DNA of 64,000 nucleotides. Source: Candidatus Dadabacteria bacterium (lineage in GTDB: Bacteria; Desulfobacterota_D; UBA1144; Nemesobacterales; Nemesobacteraceae). Below the pieces are notes generated by a model, which saw nothing but the letters and a program-made list of their open reading frames with translations, had not been told where the DNA came from and ran no database searches. The stretch spans positions 7,972 to 71,971 of the forward strand of contig RKRQ01000065.1 of assembly GCA_007571325.1 (NCBI GenBank). Reading direction: 5' to 3'. Below, piece after piece: positions 1-12,760 of this stretch (positions within the stretch are counted from its first letter, which is position 1; each line of letters starts with the position of its first letter). The translations under genes were made by a program, and so were the position numbers.

Positions 1-3000
1 TCCCAGGAACTCAGGGCAAGCATGAAAGAGACTAAGTCTCCGATTAAAAAAGCCCGTATTGCAAAAAGACTGAGAATATGTGAGGCGTTTCGCAAATCTA
101 AAAACCGTCCCGAATGGATGATTCTTACTACCATTCCTGTTTTACCTCCGGACCTCAGACCTCTTGTTCCTCTTGATGGAGGACGTTTTGCTGCTTCTGA
201 CCTGAACGATCTTTATAGGAGGGTGATTAACAGAAACAACAGGCTGAGAAAACTTCTTGAACTCGGTGCTCCTGACATAATAGTAAGAAATGAAAAGAGA
301 ATGTTGCAGGAGTCCGTTGATGCGCTTCTAGAAAACGGAAGACGGGGAAGGCCCGTTCTGGGGCACAACCATAGGCCTCTTAAGAGTCTGAGCGACATAA
401 TCAAAGGTAAACAAGGGAGGTTCAGGCAGAACCTTCTTGGTAAAAGGGTTGATTACTCTGGTCGTTCAGTAATTACCGTGGGTCCGGATTTGCGTCTTCA
501 CCAGTGTGGAATACCCAAACAAATGGCACTTGAGCTTTTCAGGCCATTTATTTATCAAAAACTTGAAAAATGGGGTGAAGCGGCAACCATAAAAATAGCG
601 AAAAAACTGCTTGATAGTGAAGCTCCTATAGTGTGGGACGCTCTTGACGAAGTGATAAAGGAACATCCGGTACTTCTTAACAGAGCGCCGACTCTTCACC
701 GGCTTAGCATACAGGCTTTTGAACCAGTACTTATTGAAGACAAGGCAATACAGCTCCATCCTCTCGTGTGCCCGGCCTACAATGCGGATTTTGACGGCGA
801 CCAAATGGCTGTTCACGTTCCACTTTCCATTGAGGCACAGACTGAATGTCGCTCGCTTGCTATGTCAACCAACAATATTCTTTCCCCGGCGCATGGAAAG
901 CCAATAATACTTCCGACTCAGGATATAGTTCTCGGGCTTTACTACCTGACCAGGGATTCAGGGGCAGATCAAAATATTGATTCGGGCAATGTTCTTTCAG
1001 TACGCGAGGTGGTCTTTGCTTATGAGTTGGGGAAAATTGGTTTGCATGACAGTGTAACTGTTAGGATTGACAAACAGAATCGCCTTACGACCGTAGGAAG
1101 AGTTTTGATGTACGAGGTGGTTCCCGAAGGTATTTCCTTTGATCTTATCAACAAGCCAATGACAAAAAGAGCTATAGAAGCGCTTGTTGATGAGTGCTTT
1201 AGGAAAACCGGTGGTAAAAGCACTGTTTTGCTTGCTGACAACCTTAGAACTCTTGGATTTAAATATTCCACGAAGTCCGGTGCTTCCATTTCGATCACGG
1301 ACATGATTATTCCCGAGTCGAAAAAAGATCTTCTGGAAGAGGCTAGTGCGGAAGTTCTGAAAGTTCAGAATCAGTATTCACAAGGACTAATAACTGACGG
1401 AGAAAGATACAACAAAGTTATAGATGTCTGGGCGAAAACAAGTGATGAAATTGCTCAGGCGATGATGAGGAAGATTTCTTCTGAGGAGGTTAGTACTGGG
1501 AAAAATACCAGTATTACGGGACCGAGTTCAAACCCTATATATATGATGATTGATTCAGGGGCGAGAGGAAGCCAGACACAGGTAAGACAGCTTGCCGGTA
1601 TGAGAGGGCTTATGGCAAAACCGTCTGGAGAGATTATAGAGACTCCCATCACTTCCAATTTCCGTGAAGGACTTTCGGTTCTCCAGTATTTTATCTCTAC
1701 ACATGGTGCGAGGAAAGGACTTGCGGATACGGCACTTAAAACTGCAAATGCCGGGTATCTAACACGGAAGCTGATTGATGCTGCTCAGGATGTAATGATT
1801 ACTGAACTTGATTGCGGTACTATTGAGGGAATCCAAGTTGGTGATCTGGTTGAAGGCGGAGAGATAATTGATAAAGTGGGAGAAAGGGTACTGGGAAGAG
1901 TAACGCTTGAAGATATAGAAGATCCCAAAACTGGAGAAAGTATTGTTAAGACAAACAATGAAATTGATGAGGCAGCTGTAAAGAAGATAGATGAAGCGGG
2001 CATAAGTGAAGTGAGTATACGCTCGGTTCTTACTTGCGAGACTCGCCACGGCGTTTGTAGGCTCTGCTATGGAAGAAACCTTTCCACAGGAAAACTTGTA
2101 AACATGGGTGAAGCTATAGGAATTGTTGCTGCTCAGTCAATCGGAGAGCCGGGCACTCAGCTTACAATGAGAACTTTTCATATAGGTGGTGCAGCCAGTC
2201 AGAGAGCGGCTGAGAGTACTCTTGAGAGTCAACACGAAGGAATAGTCAGGTTTAAGAACATAAAGGCTGTTAAGGGGCGTGACGACAAACTGGTTGTTAT
2301 AAGCAGAAGCGGCGTACTGTCAATTGAGGATAGCAAAGGATACGAAAGAGAGAAATGTCCCGTTGTTCTTGGAGCTAGATTGAACGTGAAAGAAGGGGAC
2401 AGAGTAAAGAAAGGAAAACTACTTGCGGAATGGGACCCTTACACGACTCCGATAATTTCAGAGGTGTCGGGAATTGTTAGATTCAAAGATCTTGAATCTG
2501 GAGTCACTTACAAAGAGCAGGTAGACGAAGTTACGGGTGTTTTCAAAAGAGTTGTGGTTGAGAACAAAAACTTGGAAATGCATCCTACGCTTGATATTGA
2601 GGTCAGAACCGAGGACCTAGAGTCTCAGGAAAATGACTCTTTGCCTGCGGATGGAAGAGTACCCTATTCCCTTCCCGTAGGTGCAATAATAGAAGTCGGT
2701 GACAGAGATGATATAGAGGCAGGAGATGTGCTCGCAAAGATTCCTAGAGCTACATCAAAAACAAAAGATATCACCGGTGGACTTCCCAGAGTCGCCGAAC
2801 TTTTTGAGGCCAGAATTCCAAAAGACCCCGCGGTTGTGAGTGAAATCGACGGAATTATCTCCTACGGAAAAGATGTGAAAGGGAAAAAGAGAGTTGTAGT
2901 AAAACCGGAAATGGGAGAATCCAAAGAATATACGGTTCCTAGGGGAAAACATATCTTGGTTAGAGAAGGTGAATTTGTGTCTTCAGGCGATCAGCTTGTT

Positions 3001-3558
3001 GACGGTGCGGTTAATCCTCACGACATACTGAATATAATGGGAGAAAAAGCCCTTGCTAACTATATGGTTAATGAAATCCAGGAAGTCTACAGACTCCAAG
3101 GGGTAAAGATTAACGACAAACATATAGAGGTTATAGTCAAGCAGATGCTTAAAAGGGTAAGGATAAAAGACCCAGGCGATACCACTATGCTTGTCGGCGA
3201 AGCCATAGAAAAAAATGTTTTCTTTGAAGAAAATGAAAATATTGTTAAAGAGGGTGGGGAACCAGCAGCAGCAGAGCCTCTTCTTCTGGGCATAACCCGT
3301 GCTTCCCTAAGTACACGCAGCTGGCTTTCTGCCGCATCTTTTCAAGAGACCACCAGGGTCCTCACAGAGGCCTCATGCGAGGGGAGAGAAGATGATCTTA
3401 GAGGGCTGAAGGAAAACGTTATTGTAGGCAGGTTGATTCCAGCTGGTACTGGCCTTCCCATGTACAGGGACATAAGTATAGAGACCGAAGCACCAGAAAT
3501 ACCTGTACCTGTACCGGAAATTGAAGAGAAGATTGAAGACGTGATACTAGAGGACTAA
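1..3558 (+). CDS. rpoC: RNA polymerase beta' subunit (5' part lies outside the window)
   Basis: NADFDGD catalytic motif, [21 protein letters not shown]; frame is open from base 1. Confidence 0.99.
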   Translation, partial: SQELRASMKETKSPIKKARIAKRLRICEAFRKSKNRPEWMILTTIPVLPPDLRPLVPLDGGRFAASDLNDLYRRVINRNNRLRKLLELGAPDIIVRNEKRMLQESVDALLENGRRGRPVLGHNHRPLKSLSDIIKGKQGRFRQNLLGKRVDYSGRSVITVGPDLRLHQCGIPKQMALELFRPFIYQKLEKWGEAATIKIAKKLLDSEAPIVWDALDEVIKEHPVLLNRAPTLHRLSIQAFEPVLIEDKAIQLHPLVCPAYNADFDGDQMAVHVPLSIEAQTECRSLAMSTNNILSPAHGKPIILPTQDIVLGLYYLTRDSGADQNIDSGNVLSVREVVFAYELGKIGLHDSVTVRIDKQNRLTTVGRVLMYEVVPEGISFDLINKPMTKRAIEALVDECFRKTGGKSTVLLADNLRTLGFKYSTKSGASISITDMIIPESKKDLLEEASAEVLKVQNQYSQGLITDGERYNKVIDVWAKTSDEIAQAMMRKISSEEVSTGKNTSITGPSSNPIYMMIDSGARGSQTQVRQLAGMRGLMAKPSGEIIETPITSNFREGLSVLQYFISTHGARKGLADTALKTANAGYLTRKLIDAAQDVMITELDCGTIEGIQVGDLVEGGEIIDKVGERVLGRVTLEDIEDPKTGESIVKTNNEIDEAAVKKIDEAGISEVSIRSVLTCETRHGVCRLCYGRNLSTGKLVNMGEAIGIVAAQSIGEPGTQLTMRTFHIGGAASQRAAESTLESQHEGIVRFKNIKAVKGRDDKLVVISRSGVLSIEDSKGYEREKCPVVLGARLNVKEGDRVKKGKLLAEWDPYTTPIISEVSGIVRFKDLESGVTYKEQVDEVTGVFKRVVVENKNLEMHPTLDIEVRTEDLESQENDSLPADGRVPYSLPVGAIIEVGDRDDIEAGDVLAKIPRATSKTKDITGGLPRVAELFEARIPKDPAVVSEIDGIISYGKDVKGKKRVVVKPEMGESKEYTVPRGKHILVREGEFVSSGDQLVDGAVNPHDILNIMGEKALANYMVNEIQEVYRLQGVKINDKHIEVIVKQMLKRVRIKDPGDTTMLVGEAIEKNVFFEENENIVKEGGEPAAAEPLLLGITRASLSTRSWLSAASFQETTRVLTEASCEGREDDLRGLKENVIVGRLIPAGTGLPMYRDISIETEAPEIPVPVPEIEEKIEDVILED

Positions 3559-3592
3559 TATACGCACTGCGTCTTTTTTCTTTTGATCAGCT

Positions 3593-6280
3593 ATGGAAAA
3601 AAGCTACAACCCTGCGGAGGTTGAGGGAAGGATCTATGACTTCTGGATCTCTTCAGGGCTTTATAAATCCAAAACAAAAGGTTCTACAGAAGTTTTTTCT
3701 ATAGTTATCCCCCCTCCCAATGTAACAGGGTCCTTACATATAGGCCATGCTCTTAACAATACCATTCAGGATATTCTGATCAGGTATAAGAGGATGAAGA
3801 ATTTCGATGTTCTCTGGGTTCCTGGTACAGATCACGCCGGTATTGCTACTCAGATGATGGTAGAAAGAGACCTTCTTGCTTCTGAAGGACTCACAAAAAA
3901 TGATTTAGGAAGGGAGAAGTTTCTTGAGCGTATTTGGCAGTGGAAGGAGAATTCCGGCAATCGCATTACTACACAATTAAAAAGACTTGGAGCTCTCCCT
4001 AACTGGGAAATGGAACGCTTTACCCTTGATGAAGGTCTTTCAGAGTCTGTTAAGAAAGTCTTTGTCGATCTTTACTCCCAAGGGCTTATCTACAAAGATA
4101 AAAGACTGGTTAACTGGGACCCTGAACTCCGTACTGCCATATCGGACCTAGAAGTGGAGCAGAGGGAAACCCAGGGAAACTACTGGTATATCCGATATCC
4201 GATAGAAGGACATGACGATTTGTCAGTTACGGTAGCCACAACGCGTCCTGAAACAATGCTGGGAGATACAGCTGTTGCGGTTCATCCCGATGATTCTAGA
4301 TACGCTGCTTTAGTGGGCAAGAATGTGGTTCTGCCACTTGTAGAGAGGAAGATTCCAGTAATAGCTGATGATTACAGTGACCCGGAAAAAGGTACGGGAG
4401 CAGTCAAAATAACCCCGGGACATGATTTTAACGATTTTGAAGTTGGAAAACGAAACGGTCTTAGTATCGTAAATATTTTGGACGAACGGGGATATGTGAA
4501 AGGTGATGTTCCTGAAAAATATGCAGGCCTTGAGAGATTTGAAGCAAGAAAAGCAATAGTTAAGGACCTTGAAAATGGAGGTTTCCTAGTAAAAGTTGAT
4601 CAAACAGTTCATACCGTTCCTTATGGTCATCGTTCAGGAGCAGTTATAGAGCCTTGGTTGACTACACAGTGGTATGTAGACGCTCAAGCACTTGCTACTC
4701 GGGCTATTTCGTGTGTAGAGAAAAGTGAAATACGTTTCCATCCTGAGTTTTGGGAAAATACTTATTTTGAATGGATGAGAAACATAGAGCCTTGGTGTAT
4801 ATCGAGACAACTGTGGTGGGGTCACCGCATTCCTGCCTGGTATGGGCCTGATGGGGAAATCTTCGTTAGTATGAGTGAAAGTGAGGCGGCAGAGCGTGCG
4901 GAGAAACATTACGGCAAGAAGGTTAACCTTGCTAGGGACCCGGATGTGCTTGATACATGGTTTTCTTCTGGTCTATGGCCTTTTTCCACCCTCGGATGGC
5001 CACAGGACACCAAAGACCTTCGGCATTACTATCCGACGGCGTGTCTGGTTACTGGGTTTGACATTATTTTCTTCTGGGTCGCTAGAATGATCATGATGGG
5101 ACTTAAATTCATGAAAGATGTACCATTCAGGGACGTCTATGTTCATGGACTTATAAGAGATGCGAAGGGTCGGAAGATGAGCAAGACAACGGGCAATGTA
5201 ATTGATCCTATTGATGTGATCGAAAAGTATGGCGCAGACGCACTTCGTTTTTCTCTTGCGGCACTTACAACTCAGGGAAGGGATATAAAACTTACATTTT
5301 CTGTTATTGAAGGATACAGAAACTTTATGAACAAGATATGGAACGCGACCAGGTTTGTGTTCATAAATCTTGAACCGGGACTAATATACAACTCCAATAT
5401 TGACACTTGTTGTCTTAGTGTGTCCGACCGCTGGATTCTTACCAGACAGAATACTATGATAGGAGAAGTCGAAGAGTTTATCGAAAACTATGAATTCGAC
5501 AAAGCTTCACAGGCGATTTATCACTTTATATGGAATGATTACTGTGATTGGTATCTCGAAATATCCAAGTTTTCACTTTATGGAGAATGTAGTGAATCCA
5601 AAAAAACTACTCTTAATGTACTTGTACGAGTTCTCCTCCGTTCTCTGCGGGTACTACATCCTTTTGCGCCTTATATTACAGAAGAAATCTTTAGAATATT
5701 TAAGGAAAGAGGAATCAGCCTTCATGAAAATGAGGGACTTAACTCAAAGAGCATCTTAGATGCACAATATCCTATACAGAGTGAAAATGAGATATTCAAA
5801 GAGGAATCTGAACAGATTGAACTTGTGAAAGATGTCGTGACAGGAATAAGAAATCTAAGGGCCATTATGGGAGTTCATCCCTCGGAGAAAGTGTCTGTCT
5901 ATCTTAATTCTGAAAGCGAGAAATCAGAGGACGTTCTTAGGAGAAACATTAAGATTATTCTAGGTATGGCCTCTCTTAGCGACTGCATAATATGTTGTGA
6001 GGATTTCCAGCGTAAATCAGTTACAGAGATCGTCTCTGGGGTGGAAATAGTTATGCCGGTTGAGAATCTGCTTAATATTGAGAAAGAGACTTCCAGATTG
6101 AACAAAGACTTGACAAAAGTTTTAGAGGACCTCAAAAGGACTGAGAGCAAACTTGCAAATAGCGACTTTATCGAACACGCTCCAAGTGATGTTGTAGAGA
6201 AGGAAAAGGGAAAGCTGACTGAGTTTCAAAACCATAGAAAAAAGCTTGAGGAGATTCTTGGAAAGCTTTCTTCTGTATAG
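3593..6280 (+). CDS. valS: Valine--tRNA ligase
   Basis: PPPNVTGSLHIGHA, WCISRQLWWGH, KMSKT motifs; C-terminal coiled coil. Confidence 0.98.
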   Translation: MEKSYNPAEVEGRIYDFWISSGLYKSKTKGSTEVFSIVIPPPNVTGSLHIGHALNNTIQDILIRYKRMKNFDVLWVPGTDHAGIATQMMVERDLLASEGLTKNDLGREKFLERIWQWKENSGNRITTQLKRLGALPNWEMERFTLDEGLSESVKKVFVDLYSQGLIYKDKRLVNWDPELRTAISDLEVEQRETQGNYWYIRYPIEGHDDLSVTVATTRPETMLGDTAVAVHPDDSRYAALVGKNVVLPLVERKIPVIADDYSDPEKGTGAVKITPGHDFNDFEVGKRNGLSIVNILDERGYVKGDVPEKYAGLERFEARKAIVKDLENGGFLVKVDQTVHTVPYGHRSGAVIEPWLTTQWYVDAQALATRAISCVEKSEIRFHPEFWENTYFEWMRNIEPWCISRQLWWGHRIPAWYGPDGEIFVSMSESEAAERAEKHYGKKVNLARDPDVLDTWFSSGLWPFSTLGWPQDTKDLRHYYPTACLVTGFDIIFFWVARMIMMGLKFMKDVPFRDVYVHGLIRDAKGRKMSKTTGNVIDPIDVIEKYGADALRFSLAALTTQGRDIKLTFSVIEGYRNFMNKIWNATRFVFINLEPGLIYNSNIDTCCLSVSDRWILTRQNTMIGEVEEFIENYEFDKASQAIYHFIWNDYCDWYLEISKFSLYGECSESKKTTLNVLVRVLLRSLRVLHPFAPYITEEIFRIFKERGISLHENEGLNSKSILDAQYPIQSENEIFKEESEQIELVKDVVTGIRNLRAIMGVHPSEKVSVYLNSESEKSEDVLRRNIKIILGMASLSDCIICCEDFQRKSVTEIVSGVEIVMPVENLLNIEKETSRLNKDLTKVLEDLKRTESKLANSDFIEHAPSDVVEKEKGKLTEFQNHRKKLEEILGKLSSV

Positions 6281-6281
6281 T

Positions 6282-6310
6282 GCTTTATACCTTTAATAAC
6301 AGTATAAAGC
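6282..6310. terminator. Hairpin between convergent valS and purF
   Basis: GCTTTATAC / GTATAAAGC 9-bp inverted repeat filling the gap between the two stop codons. Confidence 0.55.
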
Positions 6311-6311
6311 G

Positions 6312-7724
6312 CTAAAAAAGCTCCATCTGTTGATGTGATGCTTTTTCGCCTGTTATTTCCACCGGATAATTACCGTCAAAACACGCAAAACAGTAATTCG
6401 CCCCTTTTTTAAGGGATTTATTGTAATTAGTAACTGCTTTTGTTATTCCTTCTTGACTGAGATACCCCAGAGTATCGGAGGTTATATAATCTTTAATTTT
6501 TTCCACTTCAAGCGAATGAGCTATGAGTTCTGATGTTACAGGAGTGTCTATGCCGTAATAGCATGAGAATTTCATTGGAGGAGAACTTATTCTCATATGA
6601 ACTTCCTTCGCTCCCGCATCACGTATCATCTTGACAATCTTTCTACTGGTTGTTCCTCTTACTATGGAATCATCAACTACAACTACTCTTCTTCCATTTA
6701 CAACCTCTTTTATAACACTGAGCTTAAGCTTTACCCCAAAGTTTCTTATTGACTGTTGAGGTTGAATAAACGTTCTTCCTATATAGTGACTTCGAAGAAA
6801 TCCCGTTTCAAAAGTCAGTCCAAGTTGCTCGGCGTACCCCATGGCTGCCGGTGTTCCCGAATCGGGTACCGCAACCACGATGTCTGCATCTGCCGGAGAT
6901 TCAATTGCGAGTTGCTTACCCATATTTTTTCTCATCTGGTAGATATTTTTCCCCTGGAGAAATGAATCGGGTCTTGAAAAATATATATTTTCAAATATGC
7001 AGTATTTGTGTTGTTTTTTCGGAAGTGGGTCAAATGATCTTATTCCGTTCTCATTTATGAACAGTATTTCCCCAGGTTCTATCTCTCTTATGTAGTTAGC
7101 TCCTATAAGTTCAAAAGCACATGTCTCTGAAGCTAGAACATAGGAATTGTCAATCTTTCCTAAGACAAGAGGTCTAAATCCATGGGGGTCACGAGCAGCT
7201 ACCAGTCCTATGGGAGTGAGAAATAGAAGAGAGTATGCCCCCCTACATTCGGTAAGTGCTTCTATTATCCTTCCGAGGAAAGTCTTTTCCTTTGATCTTG
7301 CTATCAGATGTACAATTACCTCGGTATCAGTTGTTGATTGGAATATAGAACCTCCCTTTTCAAGTTTATATTTTAGTATTCTTGCGTTTGTGAGATTTCC
7401 GTTGTGCCCAACTGCGAGTTCTCCTTTTTCGTAATTCATTATCAGAGGCTGGGTATTTTTATTATTACTTGAGCCTGTTGTGGAATATCTTACATGACCA
7501 ATTGCTGTATTACCCCGCAACTTTGATATTGATTCTTCATCGAAAACTTCGGTTACAAGCCCCATTTCACGGTGGGAATAGAGCTTCTCACCGTCGGTTG
7601 ACACTATGCCAGCGCTTTCCTGTCCTCTGTGCTGAAGAGAATAGAGGCCAAGATAGGTAAAGTTTGCGGCAGCGGGGTGATCATATATTCCAAAGACTCC
7701 ACACTCTTCGCGTAGTTTCGCCAT
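6312..7724 (-). CDS. purF: Amidophosphoribosyltransferase (propeptide, Fe-S type)
   Basis: MAKLREE|CGVFG Ntn start, QHRGQE, VDDSIVRGTT, C-terminal YCFACF; start moved to ATG 7724, just after the purL stop. Confidence 0.97.
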   Translation of the reverse strand: MAKLREECGVFGIYDHPAAANFTYLGLYSLQHRGQESAGIVSTDGEKLYSHREMGLVTEVFDEESISKLRGNTAIGHVRYSTTGSSNNKNTQPLIMNYEKGELAVGHNGNLTNARILKYKLEKGGSIFQSTTDTEVIVHLIARSKEKTFLGRIIEALTECRGAYSLLFLTPIGLVAARDPHGFRPLVLGKIDNSYVLASETCAFELIGANYIREIEPGEILFINENGIRSFDPLPKKQHKYCIFENIYFSRPDSFLQGKNIYQMRKNMGKQLAIESPADADIVVAVPDSGTPAAMGYAEQLGLTFETGFLRSHYIGRTFIQPQQSIRNFGVKLKLSVIKEVVNGRRVVVVDDSIVRGTTSRKIVKMIRDAGAKEVHMRISSPPMKFSCYYGIDTPVTSELIAHSLEVEKIKDYITSDTLGYLSQEGITKAVTNYNKSLKKGANYCFACFDGNYPVEITGEKASHQQMELF

Positions 7725-7726
7725 TT

Positions 7727-9961
7727 TTAGCCTTCTGTTAGTGAAAGACTTTTCTGAAAGCCCCCGTACCATGCGTCATGAACTGCTGAGATTTTCATGT
7801 CAATCAAATCTTTAACACAGAACCTGTCATCATTAACGACTACTCCGGCACACATAACAGGAACACTGTAATTGTCTGCAATCTCTTTTATTTTTTCCCA
7901 GTTGTTTTTGTTTATACTTGCTATTACCCTAGATTGTGTTTCGGAGAAAAGGAACAGGTCGCTTCTAAGAGAGTTTTCATTTATATCAGGTGTTTCTACT
8001 AAGGCTCCCACTATGCCACTCGGATTAAAGCAACATTCCGCGAGAGCCACAGCAAAGCCGCCCTCAGATATGTCGTGTGCGGACTTAATTATACTTTGAG
8101 AAGCACAGGCAATCAACATTTCTGCAAGTCTTTTCTCCTTGTTAAGGTCAATTAAAGGGGGTATTCCATCAATCAACTCGTGTTCAATTTTGAGGTATTC
8201 GCTTCCTCCTACCTCTTCTTCTATTGCTCCTCCCAACAGAATTACAAGGTCTCCAGGGTCTTGAAACCACGAAGTGACGATTTTATCTGTATAGTCTATA
8301 AGACCTACCATTGCCACAGTAGGGGTAGGAAATATTGCGGTAGCTTCAGTTTCATTGTAAAGACTGACGTTGCCACTTACGACCGGTGTATTAAATATTT
8401 TTGCTGCTTCCGACATACCTTCAATGCATTCAATAAACTGCCACATTATTTCAGGGTTTTCAGGGTTTCCGAAGTTAAGACAGTCGGTTATTGCAATGGG
8501 AGAGGCACCAGAGCAAGCTAAATTTCTGACACTTTCTGCAACAGCTATTTTACTTCCTTCACGGGGATTTAAATAACAATATCTAGAATTCACATTAGAT
8601 GTCATCGCGATTCCTTTGTTCATTCCCTTCAGTCTTATTATTGCACAATCTGCTCCTGGTCCCAGAACGGTATCGGTTCTTACCATGTAGTCGTACTGTT
8701 CGTAAACCCATCTCTTGCTTGCAACAGTCGGAGAAGACATAATCTCAAGAAAAACTCTTTTGATATCTGTGGGTTCGGGTAGGTCTTCTTGGTTAAGCCT
8801 CTTTATTTTTTTTAGGTACTCGGGTTTTTTAGCTGGTCTGTCATAAGCTGGCGCACCCGAGGTTATAAGATTTACGGGCAGGTCTGCGACTTTTTCTTGT
8901 CCTTCCAAAACCGTTAGTTTGCCCGAGCTAGTCACTTTTCCGATAATTGAGAAATCAAGACCCCACTTACTGAAAATATCCTGAGCTGTACTTTCCTTGC
9001 CCTCTTCCAGCACTACAAGCATTCTTTCCTGCGATTCAGAAAGTAGAATTTCATAGGGGGTCATATTTTCTTCTCGCCTAGGAACTTTGTCGATTTCAAT
9101 TTCAAGTCCAGTTCCTGCACGATCAGCCATTTCTGTTGAAGAAGATGTAAGCCCCGCAGCTCCCATATCCTGTATACCAACAACGCAATCTGTTTTAAAA
9201 AGTTCTAGACAGGCTTCAAGAAGAAGCTTTTCCGTGAAAGGATCTCCTACCTGCACTGCGGGCCTTTTTTCTTCAGTTCCCTCAGTAAAAGTGTCTGAAG
9301 CCATTATTGCTCCCTGTATTCCGTCTCTTCCGGTTTTTGATCCGACATACATAACGGGATTTCCTTTGCCTGACGCATATCCACGAAAAACACTATCTGT
9401 TTTTGTTACCCCTAGAGCAAAGGCGTTTACAAGAGGATTTCCATTATAGCAGTCGTCAAAATATATCTCTCCTCCTATTGTGGGAATCCCCATGCAATTT
9501 CCATAACCCGCTATCCCCGATACAACTCCCTCGACGAGGAATTTTGTTTTTTGGAGGTGTGAATTTCCGAACCTAAGAGAGTTTAAAAGTGCCACGGGCC
9601 TTGCTCCCATTGTAAATATATCTCGAAGTATCCCCCCGACCCCTGTAGCGGCACCCTGATATGGTTCTATAAAAGACGGATGATTGTGACTCTCCATTTT
9701 AAAAATAACGCAGTACCCATCTCCTATGTCTACTACTCCGGCGTTTTCTCCCGGACCTTGTATTATATGTTTTCCAGTGGTGGGAAATTTTTTTAAGTGT
9801 ACCTTGGAGCTTTTATAGGAGCAGTGTTCAGACCACATCGCTCCCAGAATACCGATTTCGGTAGAATTTGGTTCCCTGGCCAGAGTTTCTAATATTTTCT
9901 GGTATTCATTCTCAGTGAGACCGTGATCTATAGCGAATTGGAGAGGTGATTTGTTCTTCAT
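7727..9961 (-). CDS. purL: FGAM synthase subunit PurL (small form)
   Basis: [28 protein letters not shown]; 744 aa with no glutaminase domain. Confidence 0.97.
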   Translation of the reverse strand: MKNKSPLQFAIDHGLTENEYQKILETLAREPNSTEIGILGAMWSEHCSYKSSKVHLKKFPTTGKHIIQGPGENAGVVDIGDGYCVIFKMESHNHPSFIEPYQGAATGVGGILRDIFTMGARPVALLNSLRFGNSHLQKTKFLVEGVVSGIAGYGNCMGIPTIGGEIYFDDCYNGNPLVNAFALGVTKTDSVFRGYASGKGNPVMYVGSKTGRDGIQGAIMASDTFTEGTEEKRPAVQVGDPFTEKLLLEACLELFKTDCVVGIQDMGAAGLTSSSTEMADRAGTGLEIEIDKVPRREENMTPYEILLSESQERMLVVLEEGKESTAQDIFSKWGLDFSIIGKVTSSGKLTVLEGQEKVADLPVNLITSGAPAYDRPAKKPEYLKKIKRLNQEDLPEPTDIKRVFLEIMSSPTVASKRWVYEQYDYMVRTDTVLGPGADCAIIRLKGMNKGIAMTSNVNSRYCYLNPREGSKIAVAESVRNLACSGASPIAITDCLNFGNPENPEIMWQFIECIEGMSEAAKIFNTPVVSGNVSLYNETEATAIFPTPTVAMVGLIDYTDKIVTSWFQDPGDLVILLGGAIEEEVGGSEYLKIEHELIDGIPPLIDLNKEKRLAEMLIACASQSIIKSAHDISEGGFAVALAECCFNPSGIVGALVETPDINENSLRSDLFLFSETQSRVIASINKNNWEKIKEIADNYSVPVMCAGVVVNDDRFCVKDLIDMKISAVHDAWYGGFQKSLSLTEG

Positions 9962-11634
9962 TTATCCTTTGGAGGTTGGATGAATTTTGTGGTTTTCGGT
10001 ATATCTATACCTCTAAAAAGATATCTTTTTATTTTTCTTGTAGTGGTTTTTGGTAATTCTTCTCTAGACACCGCGAAATGACTGATTCTTTTGTAGGGCT
10101 CAAGCCTACTGTTAAGCTTGTGTATTTCGTTTTTAAGAAGATGCCAGATTTTCTCATCGTCTCTGTTCTGAGTAGAGTAGTCGGCTTTTTTTAAATCTGC
10201 TTCCATCTCTGGATATATAATGGCCTGTATCTTTTCATCGTCCGGGCTGAATACAATTGCTTCTCCTACTGTTTCAAGCAGAGTGAGCTTTTCCTCAATT
10301 TCTTCTGGAGAGATGTTCTTTCCCCCTTTAGTTACGATAATGGATTTTTTTCTTCCCGTTATGTAAAGGTAGCCGTCATCATCAAAATAACCTAAATCGC
10401 CTGTGTTGAGCCAGTTGTCATCTGAGAGAATTTCTCTTGTCGCACTGGGGTTTTTATAGTAACCGTTCATTACGCTTGGACCCCTTACGCATATTTCTCC
10501 GATTCCTTCGGTGTTTGCATCTCTTATCTCAACCTCACTGTTTTCAAACACCATTCCGCCGCTTGTGTTTTTCGGTTTAAAAAATGGGTTTGCGGATATA
10601 ACTGCGGATGTTTCACTCATTCCATACCCCTGAAGCAAAGGAAATTGATATTTTTCAAGCCCTTTGGCAACCGTTTCTGAAAGGGCAGCTCCGCCACTTA
10701 CGATAAATTTGAGACGGTCAAGCCCCAAGCGTTTCTTTGCCATTTTTCCGAAGAACCTCAAAGGCAGAGATCTTGTCAGAAAATTCTTCTTTTTAGCCCG
10801 TTCAATTCTCTGAAGCAGTTTCTCAAGTATTAGAGGGGTGTTAATCCACACTGAAGGTCTTGCGGCTTTAAGGTCAGAAAGCATTTCTCTTGGCTTTATG
10901 CTTCTTGCGAAAAAAACCTCCTGTCCACAGTAAAAAGACAGTAGTATTCCAACAATTCTTTCATATACATGATGAATGGGCAGTATTGAAAAAGCCACGT
11001 CTTTTTCTGTTATGGGAAAAACACTGTACACTGCCTCCAAGTTAGACATTATGCTTGAGTGGGAGAGCATCACACCTTTAGGATTACCAGTGGTCCCAGA
11101 AGTGAAAACTATATCAGCGATGTCTTGGGGTTCTGATTTTTCCATGGGTACGGTTTCAGTGTCTTCCGGGATTTTAAGGATTTTATCCATGGGTATCAAA
11201 CACTCAACCCTCGCAGTGTTTTTCAGAATATCCGCGAAACTGCTTGAAGCTATAAGAAATCTTGAGTCTGAAAGACCGAGCACTTGTATTATGTGTTCTC
11301 TTGTTGCTCTTGAGTCAAGGGGGACTGCTATGGCTCCTGCCCAGATTGTTGCAAAGTATGAGATCATCCACAGGGGGCTGTTTTCCCCTACAATGGCTAC
11401 ATGTTCTCCCTTCCTAACGCCAAGAGTCTTTAGATGGGCTGAGAATTTGCCGGAGAGCATGAAAACTTTTCTGAAAGTAAAGTGGCTTACGGACAGGTCT
11501 TTTTTTCTTATGGAATATGCGATCTTATCTGAGTAAAGAGAAGATTTTTTCTCCACCATTTCCTGTATCGTGGCTATCTTATCTGTGCTTCTTATCGTCG
11601 GAAGTCTTTTTTCTGTACGGCTGAGCCTTTTCAT
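9958..11634 (-). CDS. Long-chain acyl-CoA synthetase (AMP-binding family)
   Basis: [24 protein letters not shown]-terminal [10 protein letters not shown]. Confidence 0.88.
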   Translation of the reverse strand: MKRLSRTEKRLPTIRSTDKIATIQEMVEKKSSLYSDKIAYSIRKKDLSVSHFTFRKVFMLSGKFSAHLKTLGVRKGEHVAIVGENSPLWMISYFATIWAGAIAVPLDSRATREHIIQVLGLSDSRFLIASSSFADILKNTARVECLIPMDKILKIPEDTETVPMEKSEPQDIADIVFTSGTTGNPKGVMLSHSSIMSNLEAVYSVFPITEKDVAFSILPIHHVYERIVGILLSFYCGQEVFFARSIKPREMLSDLKAARPSVWINTPLILEKLLQRIERAKKKNFLTRSLPLRFFGKMAKKRLGLDRLKFIVSGGAALSETVAKGLEKYQFPLLQGYGMSETSAVISANPFFKPKNTSGGMVFENSEVEIRDANTEGIGEICVRGPSVMNGYYKNPSATREILSDDNWLNTGDLGYFDDDGYLYITGRKKSIIVTKGGKNISPEEIEEKLTLLETVGEAIVFSPDDEKIQAIIYPEMEADLKKADYSTQNRDDEKIWHLLKNEIHKLNSRLEPYKRISHFAVSREELPKTTTRKIKRYLFRGIDIPKTTKFIQPPKDK

Positions 11635-11648
11635 TCAAACAGCGTTTT

Positions 11649-12377
11649 TTAGATTATCTGCTTCAGATCTTTTAGGTTATCTATGGTGAATCTTGGTTCT
11701 ACATGGGTGGACTGGTTTTCTCGCTTGACCCATATGGAATCAATTCCGCAATTGTAAGCCCCCATTATATCCGCCTCTGGATTATCCCCTATAAAAACAA
11801 CGTCTGATGGACTCTCGCCAAGTTTCTCAAGAGCAGATTTAAATATTTTCCTGTGAGGCTTTCTCCAGCCCACTTCTTCTGAAATAATTATGTGTTCAAA
11901 AAAATTCTTTACCCCAAATTTTTCAAGCAGTTTTCGTGCTGTGAAGGCGTGATCAAAGTTTGAGACAATCGAGAGTCTGTAACCCTTTTCCTTAAGGTAG
12001 AAAAGTATTTCCGTGTGATACTCGGGATATACCATGGCTCCACAGAGGCTTTGCATATGTGAGTGTACGAATTTATCAATCAATTTTTCATCTTTCTTTA
12101 AGCCTGTTTTCTCTAGGAATATCTCGAATCTTTTCCTGTTCGGATATTCTTTTAAATCTTTTTTTCTCAATTCCAAGAGCTTTCTGTGGCTTTCAACAAA
12201 AGGTGGGTAAAAATCTTTAAATTCCATCTCACCGAGGCTGTTTTTCATCTGTATGAAAACGTGTTGCGCGGTGGAATTCCAGGTTTCTCCATTAAGCGTT
12301 ACCTTTGGTAGAAGGGATGGTTTGAAAATGACAAGTGTGTCAAAAAGATCAAAAAGAACGGCCGAATATTTTTTCAT
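11649..12377 (-). CDS. HAD family hydrolase
   Basis: FDLFDTL motif I, SN, KP, GDNPEADI motif IV. Confidence 0.88.
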   Translation of the reverse strand: MKKYSAVLFDLFDTLVIFKPSLLPKVTLNGETWNSTAQHVFIQMKNSLGEMEFKDFYPPFVESHRKLLELRKKDLKEYPNRKRFEIFLEKTGLKKDEKLIDKFVHSHMQSLCGAMVYPEYHTEILFYLKEKGYRLSIVSNFDHAFTARKLLEKFGVKNFFEHIIISEEVGWRKPHRKIFKSALEKLGESPSDVVFIGDNPEADIMGAYNCGIDSIWVKRENQSTHVEPRFTIDNLKDLKQII

Positions 12378-12394
12378 AAGGTTTTATATGAGGA

Positions 12395-12760
12395 TTATAA
12401 GAGCGATCTTTCAAATATGACTTCTATTATCTTTTCATGAAGTCCCAGCGGTTCTGTGACCCTGTATTTTACATGTGGAAAATCCCGGGCCGCTTCGGCC
12501 ACCATTCTGGGTATATCGGATTTTGAGTGTCGTCCTGGCGCGAGAAAATACGGGTGGACCGTTATGTCGCTTGCGCCTGCTTTAACGCACTTAAAAAAAG
12601 CATCTTTTATTGAAGGGGAGCAAAGTTCCATATGGCAGTGCTCAACCATATCGAATGGCGAGTATGGGTAAGCTCTCGCTCTGTAAGCTACTTCCTGAAG
12701 AAGGGTGTTTGCCTCTTCTACGGTGCTTCCGTGATCAACTAAAATTAAAGCCTTCATCAT
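12395..12760 (-). CDS. Single-domain CbiX/SirB-type class II chelatase
   Basis: LVDHGS, MEL..PSI, PYFLAPGRH..DIP, EPLG motifs; about 120 aa. Confidence 0.85.
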   Translation of the reverse strand: MMKALILVDHGSTVEEANTLLQEVAYRARAYPYSPFDMVEHCHMELCSPSIKDAFFKCVKAGASDITVHPYFLAPGRHSKSDIPRMVAEAARDFPHVKYRVTEPLGLHEKIIEVIFERSLL

